A stretch of DNA of 47,478 nt from Octopus bimaculoides. Its lineage: Eukaryota. The stretch is taken from assembly GCF_001194135.2 (NCBI RefSeq), contig NC_068987.1, positions 60,817,460 through 60,864,937 on the forward strand, in the 5' to 3' direction. A program made the position numbers and the translations under genes. This document shows, in pieces, positions 25,842 to 37,642 of this stretch. The stretch's first letter is position 1, and each line of letters starts with the position of its first letter. Under the pieces are notes generated by a model. It was not told the origin of the DNA. It made no database searches and was given only the letters and a program-made list of their open reading frames with translations.

Positions 25842-26073
25842 CAGTATTTCTCAACCATTTTTTACCTACAGACCCTTTTGATTCCTATTTTACTTGGATG
25901 GACCTTCCTTGCCATTTGATGTTTTAAGAAAATCATATTATATTTTTATAATTAAATATTAGGAATTGTATTGAAAAAAATTAAAATATTTTATGTATTG
26001 TAGCAGTATAAGCAATTTATTGCAGATAAATTTTAACAGCAAAATCTTATATGGATCCCAGTTGAGAACCAGT
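25842..26073. mobile_element. hAT-type MITE
   Basis: CAGTATTTCTCAACC ... GTTGAGAACCAGT imperfect TIR; no clear 8-bp TSD. Confidence 0.45.
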
Positions 26074-26342
26074 TAGATGAACATATCATTGAAGAGGCAT
26101 TTTCCAGCCAGCTGCCCTTCCTGTTGCTAAACCCATATTAGTTTCTGAAGTAAGATAGGGATTTCTTAGTCTATATGTCTGTGAAGGTGCAAAGACAGCA
26201 GACAATTTGTTGGCAGGGGAACAATCAAGAACATCCTTGCTCAATGGTTTTTGAACAAGTTTAAATGGAAACAAATACACAGGCACAAACATGTACTCAC
26301 ACATACATATATGCATTGTAATATTTTGTGTGTGAGTGTGTA

Positions 26343-26540
26343 AGGTGGCGAGTTGGCAGAACTATTAGTATGCTGGGCAAAAGGTTTAGCGGTATTTTGT
26401 CCATTTTTATTTTCTGAGGTTGACTTTACCTTTCATCCTATTAGGGTAAATATAATATAAGTGCCAGTTAAACACTGGGATTGATGTAATCGACTTACCC
26501 CACCCCTAATGCTGATCCTGTGCCAAAATTTGAAACTTTA
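26343..26540 (+). mobile_element. family C SINE
   Basis: GGCGAGTTGGCAGAA...TTGACTTTACCTTTCATCC. Confidence 0.6.
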
Positions 26541-27685
26541 TCTTGTGTTTGTGTGTTCAGTGAGCTTCTTTCAGTTTCTGCTTAACAAATCCTCTCACAT
26601 GGCTTTTGATGACCCAGAGTTATAGTAGATGACATTTTCCCTAAAATGACACAAAGTGGAGACTGAATTGAAAACCTTGTTTTTGATACTCTCTTTTACT
26701 GAATCTCAGTGAAGTGTCAGTGTGACAAGTTACCAAAGTTATTAGAGGTTAAGACAAAATAAATGTCTTGCAGTATTTGTTCTAACTCTCTGCTCTATGA
26801 GTTCAAATCCTGCCAGGGTCAGTTTTGTCTTTCGTTCTTTCAAGGTTGGTAAAACAAAGTATAGGTACACCACCAATGTTCTGGTACCCTTTGTTCCAAA
26901 ACCTTGATGGATTAACTATTTTACCGGACTATCTGTGGTCACATAACAATAATTTATCAACACACTTTTGCTTTTTAATATTATAAGCAGTAAATGAATC
27001 AATGCCATAGGTATCACAGTACTGAAATATCACGGTCCATTTTTTTTTTTTTTACAAATGTCCGATTTTATCTTGAGTCAGTATGGCTTGGTATTTACAC
27101 TTGACTCTGCCACTGATACTCTGTTCTATTATTTGTAGTAGCTAAACCAAGGGTATACAGATGATTTCTCAAAATTTTGTTATCACCACTAACAATTGCA
27201 GTGTAAATAATGCACGTAAACACAGAACACACAATGCCACTTGTGGTTTTGCAGTGAACTAGACTGTGACAACTTCAAGAATTTCAAGTTCCTGCTTGTA
27301 ATTTATCTGGATCAAAAGAGGTGCCAGACCATCAGTGGTGTACTTGTCTATGGCAGAGGATTAGCCTTATTATTACAATCTTTTTGTTGTGTCTGTTCCA
27401 GTTCTTCATATTCTGTGTTCTTAAGTGGTAGACTTAATCCAGTGCTTCTCAAACTTCTTTTAATTATTGCTCTTCCTTTTACTAACACTTCTTCAATGCC
27501 TCCTTGTTATGATTCATCAAAATTAAATACACCACATGTACACAGGCATATTTATACACATACATGAGGACATTATTCTATGCTAGAGGTGCAGTGGCTG
27601 CCTTTATTGTATGTGTGGAAATACAAGTTTTGAGAATTAGATCTTTTAAATTATACTTTAGTTTATTGTTTATAATGTACATGTT

Positions 27686-29215
27686 TAGGTAATCTATATT
27701 TGGTTTTCTTTATTTACTTATTCACATTTCTAATTTCATAATTATTGTTATCATTGTGACTAACAAGCAGTTTATTATAGTACTGCATTTGTTTTAAAGC
27801 TAATATCTGAATAGAAGATAAAGATTAAAAAACAAAACTATGCAGGTGCATCACTGACTCCACTATTATCATCCATTATATCTCCTAAATCCATAGTCTT
27901 CCATTGATCATCAGTGAGAAGTACTCACTTTCAGCAGCTCCTAACTTAATCTATCATCCAGTTTAACACCACCAACCTACTTCTTGGGTGCCTTTTATCA
28001 GAGTTCACTGTTGAAAATATTTAGGCCCAGTTCTCCTGTTTGGTAGTAACTTCCTTACTTCCTCCCACCACCATCAGAGATATTGATAAGAGGAAAATAA
28101 TTTGGAAGGAAGCCCTATATGCTACACCCCTCTCTCTCTCTAACGAAAAGGTACAAAATTTTTTAAAACTCAGTGTCCAGATTTTAGATATAATTCTTTC
28201 TAATTTTGGTAGTAGGTCACCAATTTTGAGACAACGGGATAAATCAATTACATTGACTCCAGTGCTTGACTCATACTTATCAAACCTGAAAGGACGAAAA
28301 GGTACAGTCAACCTCAGAAGGATTTGAACTCAGGTCATCATCATCATTTAGCATCCATCTTCCATGTTGACATGGGTTGAATGGTTCAACAGGAGCTTGC
28401 AAGTCAGAGAGCTACACTAGACTCCATTGATCTGTTTTGGCATGGTTTCTACAGCTGGATGTTCTTCCTGACACCAACCATTTTACAGAGTGTACCAGGT
28501 GCTTTTTATGTGAAACCAGCATAGGTGCTTTTTATACCGGTTCACTAATTAGCTTGCAAGACAAAGACACCTCAACTAAGAAAGTGATTGAAACTAAGTG
28601 GTTGTTAGCCAGATATGAGGTTGGAGTATAATAGAGGCACAGAGATAATTGTTTTACTGTAGAGGGGGTATCCTTGGCTACCCCAGGAGAGGAAGAGAAA
28701 TAGATGGTGTTGGAGATAAAGAACCAAAAGAAATGCTGCTAAGTATTTTGCCTGATACAGAAATGATTCTGCTAGCTTGCTGCTCTAGTTCTAAATCTAT
28801 AATAGAAGAATTAAATAAATGGATGGCTAGCAGATATTCAGTGGGGCAAATCTCTTAATGCAGTAGCTTATTGGACTTACTAAATAAACACAAACCTAGT
28901 TTCATTGATATTCTACTTCATGGAAATTCAAAACAATAGAGTATCAGGCTGCAGAGATGCATAGGTAGTCTATATTTGGTTTTCTTTATTTCCTTATTCA
29001 CATTTCTAAGTTCAAAATTACATTGTTATTGTGACTAACAAGCAGTTTATTATAGTGTTACATTCAATTGTTTTAAAGTTAATATCTGAATACAAGGCAA
29101 AGATTTTTTTTTAAAAACTATACAGGTGCAGCATCAACCCCCACTATTATTTATTTCATCCCCTAAATCCATATTCTTCTGTTGCCCATCAGTGAGAAGT
29201 ACTGCTCACTTTCAG
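27686..29215 (+). repeat. direct duplication of ~250 bp (27686-27934 and 28962-29215)
   Basis: shared TCTATATTTGGTTTTCTTTATTT, ATTGTGACTAACAAGCAGTTTATTATAGT, CATCAGTGAGAAGTACT; about 80% identity by eye. Confidence 0.8.
28336..28540 (-). mobile_element. diverged family D repeat
   Basis: (CAT)n TTTAGCATCC...TTTCTACAGCTGGATG. Confidence 0.6.
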
Positions 29216-30375
29216 AGGTTCGGGTTGTAGAGATAACCACAACAGATTTTGATTTATCATAATACAAATTAATGTTAAAAAATGAATATAACAGTCTATG
29301 TTGTTATTTAAAACTCATTGAGCCAATCTTGATAACTTGTCTCCTTTCTCTCTCTCCCTCTATCTCTATCTGTCTATCTATCTATCCTGTGATATTTAGA
29401 ACTACAGTAATCAACATGTCCTTCCTCCCCCCATCCATGATGGTAGGGTTTGATTTGAGAGTTTGGCTGCTATATCTAGCATAGCAGCATAGAACAACTG
29501 TATAGAAGACCTTCAAGCAATTTAATGGTTAAAATCACTGTACTACACTGCAACTGTTTTATTCCCAATACATAGTCTCGTGTCAAATCAAATCACTTGC
29601 TGAACAAAGTCAAGAATATATATATTTATATACATACATACATACTTACACACACACATGTTACACTTGGGACCATGTCAGCTGAAAATATATAAAACAA
29701 AAATGTGCAATTGGTTCAAAAGCCTGTAATTTTAATAAAACACTTCAGATATTTTCTTCATTTATTCTTGATGTCAACATATATTAATAATATCATTGTA
29801 TATGTAAGATATACACACATCCATACATAGAGCTTTGTTTCTTTGTTAGATGCCAACCAACCCCTTCTTCATAAAGATTCTAAGAATTAAAATAAACAAT
29901 GCTATCCTCTCTCTCTCTCTCCTTTCATGCTATTGTTGTCTTTCTCAGTAATTACTGTGTTAAATTCTCAAATGTAATCAGTTATATTTGTGTGTCCCTG
30001 ATGGTATGTAAATGCATATATTCACTTATATTGTCATCAGACAAGATAAAAATAGTCAATGTTTTAGACTATTATTTTTATTTATTTATTTTGGCAAAAT
30101 TATTTTTCCTTCATCTCTCTCTCTCTTCTCTCATCTGAGCATTTAAACAGATTTCAAGGAATGTCACTGTGACATTTTTTTTTTTTAAATGTAGATTTTT
30201 TTTTTTTCTGCAAATGTATTTAACTGAAATAAATGACTGATTGTAAACAGATTTTACTAAAATACGCTATATAACTTATTAACAAAATAATAACAAAGCA
30301 AGCTAAGTTAAACAAAACGTCTGTCAAAGGCTGACATTAATGTGTAGCTTCAGTTAAAGATGTTTTATCATAGTG

Positions 30376-30529
30376 TTAATTCTTGTTTCCATAAACACTT
30401 CTTCCATCTTCTTTCATTGACCTCTCATCATTATAAACAGCACTCTTGTATTGTTTGATACTATTCTTACTCTCTTTACTAGTCTCACCCTTTTTAATAC
30501 TTCTCTCATTCTGTTTTCTGGTATTTGTA
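30376..30529 (-). CDS. candidate terminal exon (H-TNTRKQNERSIKKGETSKESKNSIKQYKSAVYNDERSMKEDGRSVYGNKN*)
   Basis: 50 sense codons plus TAA open in AT-rich context; weak acceptor TATATAACAG; phase fits a donor at 34058/34057. Confidence 0.25.
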
Positions 30530-30851
30530 CTGTTATATAATAATACCGTTGTGGAATTTTCTTAGTAATTTGTATTTTTTAAGCAATTTCCAAACGCTGG
30601 TATTTATGTTTTATTTTTTGTTGTTTGTTTTAAGCTGTTTTCTTTTCCTTCTCTATTGTTTGTCATTCTTTTGAGACTTTTCATATATTATTTTATGGAA
30701 TTCTTCTACTTAAAGATAATTCATGATTTGATAATGCTATCATATCAGTTGATTATATCCTAATTTTATTAAGATATCACTCCCTAGCACCGTATTCAGT
30801 ATGCTAACAGAATTAAAAACTAAATTGCCCTAAATTCTTGCAGTTCTTTTA

Positions 30852-31729
30852 TGAGGTCTCATCAATAAGTATTCAGACTGTTGCTAAAGTAACACTAACA
30901 AAGTAACATAGTAACGAAGCTAAAGCATGCAGAGTGAAATCACTTGGCACAGATTAACTTTGAACTCTGTTGTGCATGCACACTAAGTCTTAACATTTTA
31001 GCTCACTTCTGCTGTTTACAGCAGTGCTTAGAAGGAAGGTGTGTAGTGTGTGAAAGAGAAAGTTGAGCAGAGAATCTTCATCAAATTTTGCCAAAAGCTT
31101 GGCGGTACTTGCTCAGAGGCTTACGCAAAATTTTAAAAATTTTTTCCTCATTCTCCACACAATCAAGGAGATCTTGTGCAAATGAAACCTTAGTGTCTTT
31201 ATGGTCAGCTGAAAGTAGTTTTGGCACAAACTTGGCAGACATGTGTCTCATACCCAAATTTTCAGTGATAATGGACTGAAATGAACCATAACTAATCTGC
31301 ACATCCTCTGATAACTCACGGATAGTGATTCGACAATTTTCCCTCACAGCTGCATGCACATCTGCAATGTTTTTCTCATTTCTGCCGGTTGTCAGTCTCC
31401 CAGAACATTCATCAATATTGAAATATTTTAGGCCATCTTGAAATCGTCTGAACCACTCGTACACTTGTGTGCAGGCCTCTGCAACTTGGCGCAGGCCTCT
31501 GAACAGGTATAGCCATGACAGCTATTCTCTGTCATAGTCAATGTGATGATCACATGCTACACAGCTTCCTCCCAAGCACTGCTGTAAACAACAGAAGTGA
31601 ACTACAATATTAAAACTTAGTGCACATGCACAACAGAGTTTAAGGTCAATCTGTGCCAAGCAACTTCACTCTGCATGCTTTAGCTTCATTACTATGGCAA
31701 CAGTCCGGATACTTATTGATCAGACCTCG
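30852..31729 (-). mobile_element. mariner derivative with ~250-280-bp inverted arms and an N-terminal transposase fragment
   Basis: TA|TGAGGTCT...AGACCTCG|TA; ORF 31081-31464 YEWFRRF...RITIRELSED...MSAKFVPKLL; no catalytic domain. Confidence 0.85.
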
Positions 31730-31961
31730 TATTTGGTTGATAGTAGTTGATTATGTATGTTTTATGATGGAAGTGTGTTTATTATTTTTGAATGTCATTT
31801 ATCTCTATCCTTAAAATTTGGTCATGCAAATTTTGAAACTGATCAGATTTTATGATACTAATTATTTAGATGATTAACATTAGCCTTTATAGATGAAAAT
31901 AATTTCCAATATGTACTTTTACTCTACTTTTTGATCAGTTTGATCTCTCATTATTTATTAA

Positions 31962-32160
31962 CCCTTTTAATACCAACCATTCTGAGACTGTCATTGGTTT
32001 TATGATGCACACTTCATGTTTTAAATCTAAAAATTTCCTGTCAAAATTTCACTCCAAACACCAACTTTACAATGACAAAGTAATTTTTCTATATTCTTCA
32101 ATAGTTTCAAAATTATTTGAAATGGAAACTGTATTTCAGCAGAAATATGGTAACAAACAA
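31962..32160. mobile_element. piggyBac-type MITE, same family as 22080
   Basis: TTAA|CCCTTTT start; GTATTTCAGCAGAAATATGGTAAC...|TTAA end. Confidence 0.5.
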
Positions 32161-33959
32161 GTTAAACATTTTATTCTTCGATATACATAGTACCAATCTG
32201 GATTCAAATAGAAACTATCCCACTAGACCACTAGAAATCTGTACACATCTAGGAATATGAAACTGATTGGGATCTTGTGTAGATATAAATATGTAACTTT
32301 TTCATCTTTTAGTGGTAAGGCCTCTAGTCTTATGTTTAGTCTTATCAACAACAGTTCATCTCAGATATATAGATATCAGGCTGTGTGATTTTCAATTTTT
32401 CTTGGTTTCACATTGGTCTGAAAGGTGTTGGTACAAAGTTTTTCCAGTCATAAATTCAGCTCTAGCATTGCTAATTACTATCATTAAAAAAGTTACAAAT
32501 ATTTTATTTCATAGTTTTTATACATAACTTTAATTTCACTTTTGTTAGATGAATTTTTATAACTAATTATATTTTAAAAAAAGATAATTAATTTTGCGTC
32601 TACATTTGGAATTCCCTTTTCATTTTTATCAGAATTGAAAAACAAAAACAAAGCTGAATTTTTCTTTTCTTTTTTTTTTGTGACAATTATGTGATTTAGT
32701 TTCAGTAAAAACAAAACACTTTCTTGAAATATCTCCCCTAAACACGTTTTTTTGACCTATGCTCATGTTTTCCACATGGATACCATCTGATAAAAACATA
32801 CAGATACATCTAATATCTTAAAATGTTAAAATTTGTGTTTAACTATTTATTATACAGTTTCTAGTGGAGCTGCTGTAGGAAAAGAACCACTATTTTTCAA
32901 ACCAAAAAAATGAGCTAAAAACAAAAATTTAAAAAAACAGTAAAATTTTTGCTGAATTTGGATGTGAATATTTGAATAAATAATTAAATTGCTAATTTTA
33001 AAGATATCTTGAATTCTTTTTCATATTTTTTACAAATAGTTGGGAGCAGTGTTCTATCTGAAATACAGTTTTTGAATCATTGAAGTTATACACTTAAAAT
33101 CATCTTAGATTTTTTTGTTAAATTATATATGTCTTGATGTAATTTCTTAGACTTTGTTTTGATGCTACCATCTAAAGAATTTTATTACTGTTTACAAGGC
33201 AAGGTTTGACATTTGAACAATAAATGTTGAGATGATTAAATGTGACTTTTATTTTACAATAGAAACACTTTACAACTAACTTGTCTTTGTTATTGATTAA
33301 TGATGTGAAAAATAGTATTGATCTGTGAATAAAAGAAAAACGACTGAATTATATAATTGTATTTTTAATTTTTTTTAAATACCAGATGTTATTAACTCTT
33401 ATATATTTAATATCTGATATCTCATTTTATTCAGACTAAGATATATCTATATACGAGTTTTAAGACTACAAGGAATTTATTTATTGAATTATATCTCATT
33501 TACTTAATCATTCCCACCAAATCCGTTTCCTGTCTTTCTGTAATTCATCAGATATAATCCTTACTAAATCTTCATTATGTGCCCTAAATAACCTTACCAA
33601 CATAATATAATCCCTTATAATAAAAACCATGCTATTTATTTTATTTTATTTTATCTTAAGCAAATAAAATTAAAGTGATTAAATGAAATGAAACAGATAT
33701 TCAACCTTGGAATGTTTGGTTAGGAATATTTACTCTGAAAATCTTTTAATATTTGTATGATTTCTGCTAATTTTAGAATGCCAAAGTGTTCCTTATACAA
33801 CCAAAGCAGCTTCCATTGAGATCCAAGTAATTAAAAGAATTTTAATTTCTAGACAGAAATTGGTGGCTGAATTAAATTATTTCCCATTTAACATCACAAT
33901 GATTAATTAGAATTTTGGAATATAAGATTAATTAATTTATTTATTTATTTCTCTTTCAG

Positions 33960-34023
33960 TGATTGCTTTTGGATTGCTGAAAACTCTGCTGGTTTCCCAA
34001 AACTATGGAACAGTCATTGGTAG
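33960..34023 (+). CDS. candidate exon (DCFWIAENSAGFPKLWNSHW*; alternative frame VIAFGLLKTLLVSQNYGTVI)
   Basis: strong acceptor TTTATTTCTCTTTCAG; frame ambiguous. Confidence 0.3.
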
Positions 34024-34053
34024 TGTGTTCTTTGCTCTGGTATCTCTTCACTT

Positions 34054-34184
34054 TTACTGGTCATTGTCAGGTTGTTCTGGTTCTGCTAGGAATTCCCAAA
34101 ACTCCAACATAACAAGCACTGGTGTTGAATGTACATCTTTTGGATCACCAAGTTCTGGAACTTCACGACTGTTTGACTCCTTGC
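34054..34184 (-). CDS. candidate exon (G-KESNSREVPELGDPKDVHSTPVLVMLEFWEFLAEPEQPDNDQ*)
   Basis: strong acceptor TTTCTTTTCTTTCAG|G; 42 sense codons with natural composition; TAA stop or donor CA|GTAAAA. Confidence 0.4.
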
Positions 34185-34741
34185 CTGAAAGAAAAGAAAT
34201 TGATAAAAACAAATAGTTGTAAAAGACCTTTCTGTTGAGCTATTTATTTTAGTAGTTAACCAACTTCTAAAATAATTTCAACAACTATCAAAATAAAGAT
34301 GGTGGTGGGACAAAACAAAAAAAAAATATCATTATGATTTAGTTATATCTTCTTTGATATTAGAAATTAATCTTCTGTTATAATTCATACATATATACAT
34401 ACAAACACACACATATAAATATAATATATGCTACAGTGTTAAGACTGAGAATTGATGCTATGTATGAACTTCTGTTAATGTCGTCATGTTAATGGTTTTG
34501 TTCTTGAAAACACCAATAACCATTTGTTATTCATTGTCTCATTTTTTTAATCAATGGAGCCTTGAAGACAATATAATCTTTATTTTCGTTTTTTTCTTTT
34601 TTTTTATTAAGAATTGTTGAAACGCTGCTTTTTGTTTTGTTTTGTTTTTTTCAGTATGTGTATTTTGTGTTCTTTTTTGTGAAAAGTATTAAACCAAGTT
34701 AAAGTCAAGTTTGGACTGTTCTTTGTGTGTATGCATTGTGC

Positions 34742-34795
<54 letters not shown>

Positions 34796-34955
34796 TCATA
34801 TATACAATTTTAGTTGTAAATCACATAAGATTTTGCCTGTGGCCTGTCATGGGTTTTCTTAATTGTACAATAAGTTAATCATTAAAATAAACTTCACTTT
34901 TCTTTGGTTGCTATTATTTATTTATTTATTATTATTGTTATTATTATTATTATTG

Positions 34956-35620
34956 AAGATGGTGAGCTGGCAGAATCATTATCATGCCAGAAAAAATACT
35001 TAGTGGCATTTCATTCCACCGAGGTCGACATTGTCATTCATCCTCTTGGGAGTCAATAAACTACATACCAGCTAAGTACTGAGGTTGATGTAGTCAACTA
35101 TCCCTCCCTTCCAGGTCCCCCAAATTTCCAGCTTTGTGCCTATAGAAGAAATTATGTGTAGTGAGCTGGTAAAAGTTATATAACTGTTGGAAAAATATTT
35201 AGTAGTATTTATTCCAGCTCTTTCTATTCTGAGTGCAAATCGTTCCAAGGTCATTTTTACCTTTCTATCTTTTTAAGGTCAATAAAATAAAATACTTGTC
35301 TAGATCCTGGAGTCAGTGGTATCAACTAACCCTTTTCCCCTTAAAATTACCAGCATTTTGCCTAATCTAGAAACCATTAAGAGTGGTGAGCTGGCAGAAT
35401 CGTAAAAGCATCAGAAGAAATGCTTTGCAGTATTTCTTCTGGCTCTTAACATTCTGAGTTCAAATCCAACTGAGATCAACTTTGCCTTTCATTTTTTCAG
35501 GGTGAATAAAATGAATTAGCAGTCAACTACCAGAGTTGATGTCAACGACTAACCCCTTCCTCTCAAAGCTGTTGGCCTTGGACTTAATTTAGGAACAATT
35601 ATTATTATTGTTATTATTAT
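34956..35620 (+). mobile_element. three head-to-tail family C SINE copies
   Basis: GTGAGCTGG heads near 34960, 35162 and 35386; (ATT)n at both outer ends. Confidence 0.7.
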
Positions 35621-36379
35621 AATTATCTGATCAGAGCATTTTCTTTCTCAGTGCATCTCACTCTGTGTTGTGTTTATTATTTTTTTCTTTTTGAGGCCAT
35701 GCTGGCAAATAAAGAAATTATTATTATTATTATTATTATTATCATTTTCCCTTTTTATTGTGTGGTATTAAAAAAAAATAGCAATAGTTTTCTTCCATTC
35801 CATAAATCCTGTAAATTATACATGGAAAATTATCAGTTGGAAAAATTAATTAACTGCTCCTTTATTTAATTTAAATGATAATAGGCAGTATTGGCAAAAT
35901 GACCTTCTCAACATACAACAATACTGTAGACAGTATAAGCACCAATCTGAGATATGAGAACAAGTGTTTGTTTAATTTGGTGTGCTGTTGGTCGATATGT
36001 TGTTCCCTATGATTCATCTCTCATCAGTAAGTCTAGTGGTGGTGGGGGTTATCTTAAATCACAGCTTGTATTGTCGAATATGTATCAAATTAATTATTTT
36101 AGTTTAATAAAATGTTTATGTGTGTGTGCCTATATGGACGTATGTATACATGGTAAATGACCCCCTTCTATCATGAATGACCATGGTATTACACCTAGAA
36201 AGTTCCCCTCCAAGGCACAAGTATGAGCAAGGTTGTTTATGGAAGACCAGTCTCTCTTCTCCACGATACCAATGTTATTCAAAGGAAAGGCAAAAGCCAG
36301 TGCAGCTTAACACCAGTAACATTGCAACTCTGAGAGAACTGGAGGTTTTTAATAAAACAAATTTACCGTAGGATTTTCC

Positions 36380-36640
36380 CCCTCAATTCTAGTCCTTAGT
36401 CTGTCAGTCTCTTTTGCCAAACCTCTAAGTTAAAGGGTCGTAAACAAACACAGGTTGTCAAACTGGGGTGCGGACAGACACACTCATATGACAGGGTTCT
36501 CTAAGTTTCCATCTACTAGATCTACTCAAGGCTTTGATCAACCCAGGAATATAGAAGACACCTGCCTATGGTGCCATGCAATGGGACAGAACCTGAAACC
36601 ATGTGGTTGGGAATCTAATTTCTTACCACACAGCCAAATG
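36380..36640 (-). mobile_element. decayed family A/B SINE
   Basis: CTCTTTTGCCAAACC...TAGAAGACACC...ACCACACAGCC. Confidence 0.6.
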
Positions 36641-36803
36641 GCACAGTTGTTGGAGGGTCACATTGATTGCTTTGCCGTAATTGTTCTGACCGTTTTATGC
36701 TCTGTGCTCAAATCTCACTCAAGTCAACTTTAATTTTATTTTTGGGATCGATAAACAAAGTTCTTAGTCCTATACTGGTGCTGAAATTTTTCCCACTTGC
36801 TAG

Positions 36804-36891
36804 AAGAAATTGACAGAACTGGAGACATGGACTCTGCAAAGTCTAAAATGCCTGTCACACTGCTTCTATGATGTTAAGAACCCAAAGCATG
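36804..36891 (+). CDS. candidate exon (KKLTELETWTLQSLKCLSHCFYDVKNPKH-G)
   Basis: acceptor TTTTTCCCACTTGCTAG, donor ATG|GTATAT, frame open throughout. Confidence 0.3.
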
Positions 36892-36954
36892 GTATATATA
36901 TATATCTTTCTTTCTTTTGTTGTCCTTTCTATCAATATATATATAGTCCAAACA

Positions 36955-37141
36955 AGAACAAGCAAGAAAAAAAAATAACAACGTGAGGATGTGGAACAAG
37001 TACTGTGTTATTGGACGCTCAGGAAAAGAAAGAGGATTTCATATTTCGAGTGGAGCTCTTCATCAGAAATATAGAAAAAGTCCGAATTAGGGAAGATGAA
37101 AAGAAAATCGCCAGCGATACACATGCTGTCACATGTCGCAT
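36955..37141 (-). mobile_element. Penelope-like pseudo-LTR fragment with a degenerate hammerhead core
   Basis: minus strand ATTT-CTGATGA-A-GAG-CTCCA-CTC-GAA-ATAT-G-AAAT at 37070-37036. Confidence 0.45.
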
Positions 37142-37339
37142 AGGGCCGGCTTCTCTGGCGCATATATATCCCCCCACCTCTGGACGAGACGCCAGTCCGT
37201 CGCAGCATTACTCATTTTTGCCAGCTGAGTGAACGAGAACAACGTGAAATTAAATGTTTTGCTCAAGGACACGACACGTCGCTTGATCCACAATCTTACG
37301 ATCACAAGTCCAATTCCCTAACAACTAAGTCACTCGCGC
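37142..37339 (-). mobile_element. Meta/V-SINE-like tRNA-derived SINE
   Basis: minus strand GTGTCCTTGAGCAAAACATTT...GCTGCGACGGACTGGCGTCTCGTCCAG. Confidence 0.65.
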
Positions 37340-37642
37340 ACATATTTATATGACGAACTCTCCCGAAGACGACGTGTGAGCATTCAGCTTTCTGCCGAAC
37401 GACCAGCACAAATGATTTGTTTATAGTGATCAAATGTATGTGCTGTACTTTTAAGTTCATTCTCTCTCCTTCAATTCGACATTGCCTGAACAGGTGTCAA
37501 AGTGATCGCAGAACAACAGGAAATGAAGAACACAATACACCACCCAGTCTAGGAATTGAAACCATGCTTTCTCAATTGTGAGTGTAACACACTATATAAC
37601 GAAGTAAAAGTAGCTCGAGTAATGTAAACATTATCAGTCGCT

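Noticed and set aside
28649-28858. Open frames on both strands (…KEMLLSILPDTE… / DLELEQQASRIIS…)
   Set aside because: They are in-register antisense frames with no way to choose a strand, no good donor and no recognised homology.
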